DNA from: Lophium mytilinum
Lineage: Eukaryota
NCBI GenBank assembly: GCA_010093605.1
Contig: MU004183.1
Location: forward strand, 1,922,001 to 1,986,000
Direction of reading: 5' to 3'
DNA: 64,000 bases
Part shown: positions 1 to 12,670 of the stretch, piece by piece
Numbering within the stretch: the first letter of the stretch is position 1
How the letters are laid out: every line of letters begins with the position of its first letter
The notes under the pieces: model-generated
The model's input: only the letters and a program-made list of their open reading frames with translations
What the model was told of the DNA's origin: nothing
The model's database searches: none
Translations under genes and position numbers: made by a program

Positions 1-254
1 TGGTGTTTCGCAGACAAACATTTTTCGAGTAGCTTTGAAATAGCACCTTTCTCGAAGTGAATCGGACTGAAGCACGGCCTTTCGATCACTAGAAGTATTC
101 TGGAAGCTTCTTCTGAAGACTCTCGACGTCCCAGTCGCCACCTTAGGTCAAAAAGTCTACAGACGACCGTTAGCGCGCCTTGTCCTGCGACTGCCATTTA
201 TTAACTCAAGGGTGAGGAGAGTCAAATTCAAATACTTTCCACGGTCAAGCAGCC

Positions 255-2232
255 ATGTCGACTCCTTCCACAGTACTGGAGGAGCTCCAAGTCCATCTTC
301 GCGGAGTGGAACAGGAACCGACAACTTCCCTCAACGTCCAGCTATTAGGGCAATGCGAGCTCTACGTATCCACCCTTGAGTACCTCAACGGAGGATGGCG
401 GAAAACGCACCCACTCTTCTTTCAGCTTGGACAGCTTCTGCCGAGTCTGCAACAGGACCCATCTCCCTTGGTTCGATTCGCGCTCAAGCTCACCGCGCCA
501 TACAGCTTCGATGAAGTCAAAGAGCTGGACTTTGCCATGGGACTGCACTTGAAAGCTGAGCCGTTTCATCTCCTTATTCTGACTTTGCTGGAAAAGGCAA
601 CCGCCAGCGGAAATGATGCCGAGAACCTAGCCAGTCGATCAGATGTCGTTAAAGCCATTGTAAGGTTATGGCTTTGCACAGAAGACACCGGCACAGCAAC
701 TAAGGCTTCGAATCTGCTCATCGCGCTCCTATCAGTTTCAAAGAACCTACCCGGGGGACTAAATGAGACTGGTGTTGGCGAGTACGGGAGAGGTGCGGTA
801 TGGAAACGACTATTCGAAGATAAGGACATATATAGCTTGCTGTACCTCTTCTGCAGCCTCAAGCCCCTCCCGTCTGGCGATGAAGTCCCACTTAACAAGA
901 GAGATACGACTGTCGCACAGGCTAGACTGATGGACTGGCTACCAAAGGCTGGAGCCCTGGATTGGGATACCATCATCAAGAGTCATCACCCGGAGATAGA
1001 GACCAAAGTCGGGCTCAAGAACGGGGAAGGTCTTCTGCATTTTGCGAGCATGAAAATGGTTGATTTTCTGGACGACATCTTGATGCACATTAGCTTGATC
1101 AACTTCTTCTCCGATCTCATCTCCACTATAAAGATTATCGCGGCGCCTACGTATGTACCTTATCTCTATGATTGATTATCTTTTTGACACCTTATAGATC
1201 CAAAGGGTCCAGTGTGGCCTTGGACTTTCTCAAGAAAGAGGGCTGGCATGCTCACATCATCAAGTATCAGCAAGACGACACTCCTTCAATGGAGCGAACA
1301 TTCCTGAAAGCGCCAGCAGCCAACTACATCTCCGCGTATGCGTCTACGTATCCGGACGACTTTGAACGAAGTCCAGAGGCGGCTGGAATCGTGGAGAAGC
1401 TCAATGAAACCATCAACAGATCCAAGCCAGAAGACTTCCATATCCTCGCATCAGTGCCACGAGCTAGCCTGGTGCCCCAGCGGGCTATGGGATATGCATG
1501 GGACGAATCTCCGATATTGTCCATTTCCATCCGCCAGACGAATGCAGACGCACTCAAGACGCTCGCAACCATATTCCATGGACCCATCGAGGTAAGTTTA
1601 CCCGAGCCTACTCTCTAAAGTCATATTAACACCTTTCAAAGCCCGATGTCGTCTTTCCACTATCGCAGATCTCGTTGAGTAGTCTGACTGTTCAAACCTC
1701 TTCCGCGCGACACGAATCCGAGCGAATCTACGCTCGCCTCCTCCTATCCCTCTACCTCACCAAGACACCGTCTTTCTTCACCGAGGTTATCCGTCACGCT
1801 GAAACAATCGCCATGAAAGAAAATGCTATCGCAGCCCTGATCCTGCTCCGTGCCATCATCACCGCAAAGTGGTCGCCTGCTTCTCAGCTCAACGACGTGT
1901 ACTTCGACGCTATTCTCACTCGCTTGCAGAACTTCCCGGACTCTGGCCTCGAACTGATCCTGGATCCAACGATTAGCGGTGGTGTGCTGCCGTTCTTGCT
2001 CAAGCCTGCGACGACCTTTTCTGGGCTGGTAGGCGGCCGTGGTGATGCGGAGAGCGCAGCATTCCAAGTTGCTATGACGAAGTTCGATGTGTTGAAAGCG
2101 CTTGGAGAAAGAGTGAAGGAGATGCAGCCGCCGCGCTATCATATCGATGTGATGATTCGGAGGCGCGTGGCCGAGGGGCCTTGGGGTGTTGGCGCAAGTG
2201 CGGCGCCAAGGATTGGGACTATGGAGCTGTAG
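255..2232 (+). CDS. Conserved fungal ARM-repeat-like protein, probably Hsm3-like (proteasome regulatory-particle chaperone family)
   Basis: Three ORFs join in frame through introns 1151-1197 (GTATGT..TAG) and 1592-1641 (GTAAGT..AAG). The protein is helical and Leu-rich and ends ..KFDVLKAL..RRRVAEGPWG..IGTMEL. The family call is from recollection of similar fungal proteins, not a search. Confidence 0.65.
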
Positions 2233-2469
2233 GGAATGGCGTAGCTATGTGTCGAGCTCTATGGAAAGAGAGGATGTGAGTCCAGCCTTGATTGAGCTCT
2301 AGATTTAGTGCACCGGAGGTTCCCCGTGAACTTCGCATAAAAAGATGGATTGACCCATGACGGACAGACTTGTATGCTGCAGTATATCTTCGAGCTGAAC
2401 TACCGTGGGGTTGGCTTGCCAATTGCAGAAGCCCTTACACTATAACTAGTGAATACTCTTTAGAGACTC

Positions 2470-3520
2470 TCATGCTCGCTTCACGTCTCTCAGCCCAATC
2501 ATCCCAATTCGGAGGTAATCCGCATCCTCCTTGAGAGTAGCACCATCGTTTTGAGCCAGCTCATTGACGTCCCAGGATGTCATGACGTAGCGCCCATGAA
2601 GGAAAGCTGCTTCCTTCGAGGCGGCCCAAACCGCAAACGCACCCGCAAGATTCACTAGATTGTCGAGGGAGTCAGTCTATGCGTCCTTCCTCAGTAGACA
2701 GGTTTATCGTGAAGTAACTCACCATCATCAAAGGGAAGCATGTCCTCGGTGATGCCCCCTACAGCCCATGAATCGCCATATATCATACCCGGGTGATAGT
2801 TGATGATCTGCATCTTATCCTCTGGGATAGTGTTGGCTAGGAGCTGGATAGCGAGGGTTCCGCTAGCCTTAGTAAGACTATAACCCGGACGGGCAATAAC
2901 GATAAAGTTTTGGAGCATGTGGATGGCGCCAGTCGTTACGTTGAGAAGAAACTAGGTTTGCCGCCGGTTAGCCAATCGTTGCGAATTATGATGACGAGAT
3001 CGAAGATACTCACTTTCTGGCTCTTATCGTCCTGCTTATAGAACCGCTCGGCAAACTGCAGCGGGCCCTTGACATTGGCCTCCATCTGCAACCAGATTTC
3101 TTCGAACCCTAGGTCGAAAAGCGAGCCCGTCTCACTAAACCTGGCCGCATTCAGGACGAGAACATTGACCGTAGTCCCCTGGGTTTTGAGGTCATCCCAA
3201 AGAGCATCGACCTCTGCGCTCTTGCTTACGTCGCAGCTGCGTGCGATGATCTTCGTAGGTGACTTGGCTGTCTTCGCCTCTTGCTCGAGTTCAGTGGCAG
3301 CTGCTTTTAGGACTTCGGCTCGCCGCCCGACGATGATGACGGTGGCGGCGGATGCGAGCACGAAGTTTCGCGCGGTGGCTTTGCCGATTCCTGTGCCGCC
3401 GCCCGTGATGAGGACGACTTTTCCGGCTTGGCTCAGCTCCTTGCGGGTTGGTAAGATGGCTGGATAGGGGGCTCGATGGATGGTGGGTGTGAAGTCGGTT
3501 AGGGGTATCTCGAGGGCCAT
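2470..3520 (-). CDS. Short-chain dehydrogenase/reductase (SDR)
   Basis: TGGGTGIG (TGxxxGxG), LVLNAA and YSLTK (YxxxK) motifs. Introns 2952-3013 and 2655-2722 restore the frame. Start ATG at 3520 (MALEIPLTDF). Confidence 0.92.
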
Positions 3521-4012
3521 TTTGATATGTTGATATGATCGGGACAAAAGGGGTTCAGAGTACGAATATCAAATATTGAAATGGAAAGTAGAGCTTGAGA
3601 GTATCGACTGAGGGTGAAGAATGAGATTGAAGGGCTATCTCTAGATCTTTTATACATTGAACATGCTCGCTGAATAAAGCATGACTGGGAAATTGCCATT
3701 GCAGCCTATCCATCCGATGTGATCGCATGCTCACAAATCCAGCGGGCGGCTAATTGCTAGAGTATGTGCGCATGCGTGATATTTTGGCGTCCCGGCCTAC
3801 ATTTGATGGTGTTTTGTGTATCCTGCGGTCTCAGGGGCATTGAATATGGAAACTCGCGAGCGGGCGCTATCTACATGCGGATAGCGTCCGCTCAAGAGGC
3901 CGCGGACAACGACGACTGCGCGGACATCTCGCTGACAAACTGGCGGAAATGTGCAATAGTGGATGCAAACTCTCGTGTGTTCACTCCAAGTATAGACAGA
4001 TACCAGGACTGA

Positions 4013-5242
4013 ATGGCTGCGGACTTGAAAGCCTGTAGCGGCTGCGCGAAGGCGAAAAGGAAGTGTGGCAGGCAGACACCTGCATGCCAGCGGTGTAGGG
4101 ACAGAGGCTTCGATTGTGTCTACCCGCCTCCCAAACCGAGCTACTTCGTTCTTTCGGAAGCGCCAACATCTCCCCTTGCCGATACTTTTACTGGGGATCG
4201 TACGAGCCTCTCAGGACTCACCACTGCTGAGTTTCTCAACGGCGAAATCAACGTAGCATCACCGCCGGAGCCCGCCGACCTCTCTGTTCACTTTCCCCAT
4301 TGCTCAACTACGTGGTCCTCCGTGGCCTGGTTTCTCTCGCCTGAGACGTGGGAAATTGACCGTTACCCCGTTACGCTCACTACTGCGCCCTGCAATGGTG
4401 TGCTAAAGCGCCATATCAGATCGACCCAGGCCTGGCTCGAGCAGTGGATTGCAACTGGCAGCAACCCATTCATCCACTCTCATCTCTACGCTACTCGATT
4501 CCCGAGTTGTATTCAAGTCGCTTACACCACTCTATCAGCATATCTCAACCGGACCGAAGCAAATACGGAGACTATCCTACGGATTGTGGAAGATCGGACC
4601 AACGAGTTGCTCCTCGAGAACGGGGTTACGTTTGGTGATCTCGGGCAAGAGAACAACACTGCCTCGCCCCAGCTCGAGGTACTGGACCATCTCGCTCGCA
4701 TTCATGCTTTGTTTGTCTACCATACAATCAGTCTCTTCGATGGTGACATCCGGTCTCGTAGTCTTGCGGAGCCCCGCTGCCATGTTCTCAACCGCTGGGT
4801 CTCGCAAATGGTCGACTGCGCCAGGCACAGCCTCTCCCAGCTATCTTTCGCTTTCAGCCCGCTCGATTTGACTCAAGGAAGTCTTCCCGCACCATATCCT
4901 ACGAGTACCACAGAGAATCTATGGCATACTTGGATTCTGTCCGAGAGCGTGCGGCGTACATGGATGACGGTTACGGGAATGTATGCCGTGTACCATGCGC
5001 TGCAGCAGGGCTGGACGCTTTGTCCCGGAGGCATTATGTTCACGAATAGTCAGGGGGTCTGGCAGGCTGAGACGGCTTCTGCGTGGGAAAAGATATGCTT
5101 AGAGGGAGTTGTCATGTTCATGCAGAGGTTCGAAGCTGAAAGGCTGTTCAGTGAGGCCAGTCCCTCCGATGTTGATGAGTTTGGGAAGAGGATGATGGAG
5201 ATAACGTTTGGGATTAAAAAGGTGGAAAGTTGGAAAGAATGA
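4013..5242 (+). CDS. Zn(II)2Cys6 fungal transcription factor
   Basis: N-terminal CSGCAKAKRKCGRQTPACQRCRDRGFDCVY is a C-x2-C-x6-C-x6-C-x2-C-x6-C cluster. C-terminal fungal TF domain (WHTWILSESVRRTW). Intronless 409-aa ORF. Confidence 0.93.
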   Translation: MAADLKACSGCAKAKRKCGRQTPACQRCRDRGFDCVYPPPKPSYFVLSEAPTSPLADTFTGDRTSLSGLTTAEFLNGEINVASPPEPADLSVHFPHCSTTWSSVAWFLSPETWEIDRYPVTLTTAPCNGVLKRHIRSTQAWLEQWIATGSNPFIHSHLYATRFPSCIQVAYTTLSAYLNRTEANTETILRIVEDRTNELLLENGVTFGDLGQENNTASPQLEVLDHLARIHALFVYHTISLFDGDIRSRSLAEPRCHVLNRWVSQMVDCARHSLSQLSFAFSPLDLTQGSLPAPYPTSTTENLWHTWILSESVRRTWMTVTGMYAVYHALQQGWTLCPGGIMFTNSQGVWQAETASAWEKICLEGVVMFMQRFEAERLFSEASPSDVDEFGKRMMEITFGIKKVESWKE

Positions 5243-5331
5243 AGCCTTCCTACTTCTCCCTTCGGAGTGGACTCGGCTCGTATCATCTATTGACGCAAAG
5301 TATCTCTGGTCGTCTCCGCGGTTCCATCACC

Positions 5332-6900
5332 TTATTTCGTAGGCGCAAACTTCGACCGCCGCCTCAACTTCTCCCCATACTTGTAAAACAGAAACGGCGC
5401 CGGCATACAAGCCAAACAAAGGAATCCAATCAGAGAAGTAGCCCACTTGACCCCCAGCGTCTTGTACATCCTCGGAGCCGCGAGCGGGAGTCCAGCTGCC
5501 ACAGCACTTCTGATACAGGTGTTCGCTGCGAGAGCGCTCGCGGATGAGGAGAGATAGATATCGATGATGAAAACGATGCCATTGGAGAAAATGAGCTGGA
5601 TCCCTGCCCCGACGAAGAAAAGTGATATGACTTGAGGAACCCATGATACAGCTTCGTCGGAGGTCCAAGCCAACCAGAAAAGGCCAGCGGGAAGGAAGAT
5701 GCTACCGAGCATGATTGGCGGGAGACGATCCTCTGGGAGAACGGACTTGCGCGCTAGAAATCGAGGGAGGTAGTATTTCTTCGAGTAGATGCTGAGAGCT
5801 AAGCAGCCTGTCAAGATGCCAACGAGCAACGAGAGGAAAGGGAGGGACGAAATGGAGCGGGACCAGCCACGAACGCTTATAAACGTATATGGGATCGCGA
5901 AGAAGGTGAGATACATTGTGGCGTAGACAATAGAAATATAGATCGTCATTACCAAAAGCTGAATGATAGGTTAGTGGATAACAAACGCAGTAAAAGCTGG
6001 AAGTGCTGACGAGTGACTTACCATCGGCTCAGTGACCAGCATTTTCACAGGCTTACTTAGGAACTTCCGTATGAAGCCATCGAACGGTTTCTTCTTCAAA
6101 TCGGAACCTAGCTCCACAGTACCAGCCTCAATATGGCGCTTCTGAAGTTTCTTGGCCGCCTTTTCCCTCAACACAGGCGCATACGTCTCCGGCACGAGCA
6201 GGAATGCAGGTATACCGAAGAGTCCAGCCATAATTAGCGTAATCCAGGCCGTCCACCTCCATCCAAGCGAGCTCTCGGTTATGAAAGACCCAATGATTGG
6301 TCCAAACGTCGGTCCAGCGAACGCGGAGGCGCCGTAGACAGCTGTCGCAGTTCCTCTTTCACTCGGGCCCCAGAAATCCGCATATGCAGCACTAACAATA
6401 ACTAATGGTGCCGCAGAGAAGCATCCAGCGAGCCATCGACAAATAAGAATGGCGGGAAGATTGTTTGCGAGTGCCGTAGGTATCTGCATAATCGAGAATA
6501 GCACGAATCCGATGAAAAGGGGTGGTTTGCGGCCCAGAACTTCGGATAATGGGCCCCATAGCAATGGTCCAAGGGCGAAGCCAATTACATAGAGTGAAAC
6601 ACCGAGGAGGGTAATGGTCTCATTGGTATGAAATTCTATCGCGGTAACGGAAATGGAGGAGGAGAAAACAGAGCTGTTGAATGTGGCCGTGAGGGTCAAA
6701 TTGGCCAGTAGGACAGTGATCATCCATTTTTTCCAGACTGGGAAACCAAATGGGTCGTCATACAGCATACCCTCGGAAATCGTCAGGGACAGAGGAGAAG
6801 TTCCTGGTTGTGGTTGAGCATCCTTCTCGTATTCATCACTAACGGTTCCTGCTTCGACTTCGTCATACTTCTCCACTTCATCGCTTCGATCGACGTCCAT
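5332..6900 (-). CDS. MFS multidrug transporter (DHA1-like)
   Basis: Motifs GPLLWGPLSEVLGRK, GPTFGPIIGSF, LGWRWTAW, PETY and PEDRL, with ~12 hydrophobic segments. Intron 5959-6021. Likely start is MDVDRSDEV at 6900. Confidence 0.92.
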
Positions 6901-8194
6901 GCAGCACCGGCAAGAATTGCTATCTTGCAGAGAGTCGCTTTCGATTTGGGGCTTATTATATTTGGCGGGGACAGGTGGTTTCTTTAATACTTTTAGGGTG
7001 TAGGGTATATCTGCCGAGGTGTGCTCGAAGCAGTTTAGTCCTTCCCCACACGATGCCGCTTGAACCGACCGATAGATTCTGAGGCTGCGCTTACTAGACA
7101 TGATAACTGTACTACGTTAATGTCTGCAACAATTCATTGAACGCGGCCCTGGTGCTATTCTCAGCAGTATCTGTAAGCGTACTAGACGACAGCATCTCAC
7201 CCTACATCTAAGAACCATATCCCAGGTGCTTATCCATTTTTCTCCTACTCATATATTCTCACTTCTTTAACTACGTAGAGACGCAGAAACCTAGGTATTG
7301 AGATTAACATACCTGTAGATGTGGGGCTTTGCTATTCCTACCTCGACCTCTGTTTCTTCGTTCTGGATCTAGTCGAGTTACTTCTAACTAATCTCGTTTC
7401 ACAGTACCCAACTTCAAATTACGATAGCATTCACTTCAATAGCTATTTGGAGAAGAGAAAACCGAAACAAAGAGCCATGATGCCAGCACGCTGGACTTGA
7501 AAAAAGTGGCACACGCAGCAAACATTCTGTCTTGTCCGGTCGTTGTGCACCTGTCTGCCACTGCTTGAGGCGCCTTCAGAAAATTTCCACGTAACCCAAA
7601 CCTAACATTTCTTTCTTATTTATATTTCTAAAAATGTATCCAAGGACTGTAGGTAGCGGTAGATAGGTGCATAGAAGGCGTACTGCTTCCAGAGTCTGCT
7701 ATCTTGTTCATGCCTGGCATGGCCAGGCAAAAGCAGCCTAATTCTAGCGATTACCTGGGTAGGCGAGGGCTTCTGCAAGTAGCCGCCCTGGAATCAGATG
7801 GTGCATTTCCATCCTATCACCGTTCCGAACTTCTAATTTTATCGAGAGTCGCCCCCACGAAGCCTGTCGCAACACCCCTTGTTTCAGCCACGCTCGAAAC
7901 GAAGGCACTGGTGAAAAGCAGAGATGTCCCCCATCATCGACGTGATCGGTGCTAGTGCTTTTCTTTGCCTCTCTTCTTATCCTAAGTACCGGTACATACA
8001 TTGGATTCCTCACTATCTTTAGCAGTCCTTGTTCTAATAGTGCTGTCCCGGTAGTCGCTATTGTATGAAGGTTCCCACGGAGTATATGTGGCATCGCAGC
8101 GTCTGAGTAACGGCACAGCTTGCGGACCATACTACATCATCTTCAAAGCATCAAGACAGTTCCAAGTATTCTATTGAAACTCCGTCTAGATAAG

Positions 8195-9180
8195 ATGCCA
8201 ATCGAACCTGTAGCCGAAGAACCCCATGGCATAATCATTGCCGGCACTGGAAGCCACGAGAAATCTTTTCGCGTCCCGCAATCTGCGCTGGAGAAGTCAC
8301 CAGTTATCAAAGGTTGGATTGAGGATGGCTTCATACCCCATTCTTTGAAGAAAGGCGACGCGCTATACTTCTCATGGAGCGACCCTGAGGTCGTCAGCTT
8401 GACAGTGGAATATTTGAAGTCGACAGCGGATGGGCTTATAGCTATTCTTGCTCCACTAGGGGAAGGGACTAGGGATGTGTTGTTTTACTTGGATATGTAC
8501 AAGTTTGCTACGTGTCTTGGGTAAGCTCCGACTTCGCCCCCAAGTCAATCTTAGCATGCACAATTGGAGGCTGATCATGTCGAATATAATGATAGGTTGA
8601 GCGAACTATGCATCGTCTCATTCCATAAGATTAAAGAATTAACTCGCGACACGAAGGCCTTCCTGACGGTGCTAAGTGTGTCTACGGAGGAGAAATCGAG
8701 TCTAGTCGAAGATCGACAATTCAACAACTTCTTAGTCAATTACGCAAGGAACAATGCCAATAATCTAAAAGACTCAAGCTTCGCGAAAAGTGCTATCTTG
8801 CAGAATAGCGCCTTGGGTTGGAACCTCTGCTCGCTACTGCTTTCGTCGATCGGCGGTGATAGTGGAGGGAACGATGCCGGACCTTCACCACTCCTCACGC
8901 CTCCAAGCAAGTGAGTGCTTACGTCCACGGGTGCTGTGGACATCAAACTGATGCGAAGTGTAGGTCTGCTTTGAAGCCTACACCAGAAGCAGAACGGCGG
9001 AAATCTCCGTACTCGTATAACCCCCTCCAGAAATCTCCAAGCCCCCGACAAGATACGACTCGAGTCAAGAAGCCAAAGAAAGAAGATAAAAGGAAATATA
9101 ACGCAACTGTCGAAGATGCTATCGATGAGTATCTATCCTCTGAACCTGCACCCGACGCACCTGAATGTAAATCATCGTAG
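8195..9180 (+). CDS. BTB/POZ-like domain protein
   Basis: Introns 8521-8595 and 8911-8963 join three ORFs. The pattern GSHEKSFRVPQSALEKSPVIK..DPEVVSLTVEYL..LDMYKFATCLGLSEL resembles fungal BTB domains. Confidence 0.6.
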
Positions 9181-9510
9181 TGGTCGTTGAAATGTCAACT
9201 GTACAGTGCCTTGCAATAGCTTCCTGTCTGAGAGGAACCACCGGAGCTGTCTGGGGTAGCGGCATGAGTTTACCTGTTGTTCAAAACGGCTAATTTCTCT
9301 ATTGTTCAGAATGCTGAAAACGCTATGAAGCTCCTCAGGCAGCAGTGTAACAGTAGACATATGTGCATAAGAGGGCATAGGATAGTACCGCTGTTCCATT
9401 TTACATAGCTGGCACTTTTATTTCTTCCGTGCTCTCGTCATATTCTTATTCATATAGTTCAGATTCAGTAACAGGACACTACTTTATACTAGAGATCCCA
9501 ATATCGACCC

Positions 9511-9886
9511 CTACTGCCTCCCACTCGATGTTCCGTCCTCAGGTCCCGGCAACCCCTCCTCATCACCCGGCTCCGCATAACTTTCCTTCGCCGCGCCGCG
9601 CGTGCGGTCTTCGATGATGTTGGACTTGTCGATCGCGTCCTGGTCGTCGCGGACTGCTACTGGTCAATACATCGACCGTAAGGCTCGATCGTCAGGGGGT
9701 GTCGTGGAACGGTAGATAAGGAACTAGTGACATACCTAGCTGCTCATCCGAATTCGCAGTATCTGCATCGATGGGGTCGTTGACAGGAGCGTTGTCGCTC
9801 TGAACGGGAATCTCGTTCTGCCCGGTGCGAGACTTATACGTGTCATCGGCGACGTCGGGAGTGTATTGGGCGTTGGCGTCAGACAT
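9511..9886 (-). CDS. Small acidic protein, CHZ (histone chaperone)-like domain family
   Basis: Intron 9654-9735 gives MSDANAQY..DSDEQL-like N-terminus followed by VRDDQDAIDKSNIIEDRTRGAAKESYAEPGDEEGLP. The ID.SNII..RTRG motif is characteristic of the CHZ domain. Confidence 0.7.
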
Positions 9887-10876
9887 ATTTTGGCAATTGG
9901 ATTGAGGGGAAGGAGGTTTTAAAAGTGCAATTGGAAATTGTGAGAGGGGATTTGCGGGGTCAGTGAATTGGTTGATGTCGAGGCAGAGACTGTGATTGAG
10001 ACACTATATATGTGTTATGAGAGTACGAATGAGAGACTCTGGTACGTCAACCTTTCGTCACCTTGAAGCCATAGTCATGACACGATGATATCGAGTATAG
10101 GATGGAAAAGGCTAGGTTCTAGAGCTGACCGGCCACCGGGATCTCAGAGCTATTCGGGAGATCTAGATGAGATTAACGCGGAGAGGGAAGGATAGGCAGG
10201 GACGAGATCGATGGTCGATGGACGCATTTCCACCCGTGGATCGTGGCTTCGATCTGAGTCGTGGGGCTGCGTTGACAACGTCATGAGTGGTGGTGCAGTC
10301 TGAGGTGTTTCAGCCATATTTCTACGCCCTTGAAACGAAGCAAATCAGAAATCATCTAGATCCTTGAATCTGCATTGAATGTCTCGCGCGAAAAAGCATA
10401 CTCGCGTGTAGAGGCTATGTGGATAGTGGGACGTGATTGACGCGAAGAATCGTGACGCCGTGATGGCGCGACTAGACTATTTAGCGTGCCGGGTTAGGTC
10501 ATTCCTATGTACGACTCAGGCAGGCAATGGTCATTGATGAGATCAGCTGAAATACGCCGATACAATTTGCATGCTACCTTGTATTGCACATCTCTGTGCG
10601 ATAGCCATGTCGCTTCATCAGTCTCCTAGTGGTTGATGTACTATTATTACAGAGAAAAGGAAACAAACGCAGAAAGAAGTTAACCCCAATCACCTCCGCA
10701 GGATCTATGATCTGCAACGCTCCCGCAATGCTCTCGCTAACCATGTATCTGCCAAACAGCCACAATTCTCAACAGATCCGGAGACTGGACAGCACGAAAA
10801 CACGCCATGGCGGCTTTTGATGCCGAAAGATCTGCGAAGCAGAACGACTGGTATTTCATAGGCCTCGGAAGAGCTC

Positions 10877-12331
10877 TCACTCTTCAACCGGGGCCTTCCT
10901 GGAGGCCTTCTTTGCCCGCTTCTGAGGGACTGCCTTCTCCTCTGCAGCGCCAGCTTCCTCTCCCTTCTTCTTGCGACCTCGCTTCGCCTTAGCAGGGGGT
11001 TCGGCTTCCTCGACATCCTCCATGATCTCATCAGACTCGATTGGTTCGGCCTTGGTCTTTTTGGAAGCCCTAGACTTCTTCGGCTTCGGGGCATCCTCGA
11101 CTGTAGCTTCTTCATCGACTTCCTCGTCCTTGACAGCAGCCTTGGCCTTTGAAGCGCGACCTTTCTTCGCAGCAGGGGCAGCTTCTTCTTCGGATTCGTC
11201 CTTGACCTCCGCCTTGACAGCCTTCTTTGAACCCCTGCCCTTCTTTGCAACAGGAGCAGCCTCTTCTTCAGATTCATCCATGACTTCGTCCTTGACAGCC
11301 TTCTTCGAAGCCCTGCCTTTCTTCGCAGCGGGCGCAGCCTCATCGCCGGCAGCTTCGTCTTTGACCTTCTTAGCCTTGCCTCTGGACTTCTTTGGAGGAG
11401 GGGCCTCGTCGTCGGAGTCCTCTTCAGTCTTGGCGGTCTTAGCAGGGCGGCCACGCTTCTTTGGTTTCGCTGGTGATTCGGCCTCGGCCTCATCGTCCTC
11501 GTCCTGGAAGCTGTTAGCCAGAAAACGACAGAAAGTCGGAAGTCGCCAGCCCAGTACTAAAAGACTGTCTTCAAGCGCGTCTTGAATGTGCTGAACGTGA
11601 TATTGCTCAACTTACTGCATCATCCTTCTTGCTCTTTTTGCTCTTCTTGGGCGCCTTCTCCTTGAGCTTTTTTACTCGGAAGCCCTTCTGGCCAGGTCGG
11701 TTTACCTCGACATCCTAGTTTCATCGTCAGAACCTTCCCTGAGTTGACATCCTACGTTACTGTCGTACAAGTTGTGATTTTGAGGTCGGAGTTGCGGTCT
11801 GATTCGCCACGATGGGAGAGAAGGTGGTGGATTGGAATAATTCATGAAACATCAGCAAATAACTTACGCCCTTCCAGTCTTCGTCGTCGACATGTCCCTG
11901 CTCGAATGCTCGTCTAACTTTGGCTTGATATTCTTCTTCAAGCTCGTCATAGCCATCGACGAGTTCAAGGTCGCCCTCGACAGCCTCCTTCCAGTGCCCA
12001 ATCTGCAACGGAGTGACGCATCCCCTTCGATGTGGTTAGTTTGCTTGATTTGCAGAGGAGAAAGTTAGATGGGATTCGGTTCTTACCAATGCTTCCACGT
12101 CCAACTAGTATGGTCGTGGATGGTGATGAGCGAACCGAATCGAAATTCTCCTTTATCGATCTTGATCTTTTCCTTCATGCATTCGCCGTTTTTGCAGCCT
12201 GCGCGCGCCCCTTTGGCTAATTCTACGCATGGTTAGTGGAACGATGGCCTGGAGAAAAGCATTGCATCTGTGAAGAATAGATAGAAAACAGTGGATAGCT
12301 AGAACTTACCAACACGATATTGACCGGGCAT
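10877..12331 (-). CDS. Stand-alone PARP-type zinc finger protein with K/E-rich repetitive tail (S. pombe Hpz1-like)
   Basis: Five exons (introns 12223-12309, 12025-12086, 11715-11867, 11504-11615) give YRVELAKGARAGCKNGEC..KIDKGEFRFG..WTWKHWGCVT (C-x4-C..H-x2-C), then GYDEL..Q.KV..AFEQGHV.DEDWKG and an AT-hook-like KKRGRPAK. Confidence 0.88.
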
Positions 12332-12670
12332 GATGTGCTTAGCCTGATGGCGAACTGCAGTTGAGAGTGTTGTGGGTCGGGTGAGCTATCCAGGTAGCAA
12401 AGTCAACATTGGAACGCGTAACACAACAGGGCAGACAGCGTATTAATACTTACATTCGGGGCGGCACTGTATTGCCGCAGAACAACAGCAGCTTCAAGAG
12501 CTTTCCAGATGCTGCAGGAGTGTTGTGCGTTGTTTGGTCTGTGGATACGCCTCGAGGTTGTGTTGTTGCTGGAGAGCAGACTCCGGTCGCGCTAAAATTT
12601 AATAAAGAACGTCACTAAAGTCTTTTGGCTGTGCGACGCCGCCCATCTCCATCACCACACTCGCTCTTCA

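Noticed and set aside
10705..11585. Long alternative-frame ORFs (262 aa on - strand, 204 aa on + strand)
   Set aside because: They are shadows of the repetitive K/E/A-rich last exon of the zf-PARP gene.
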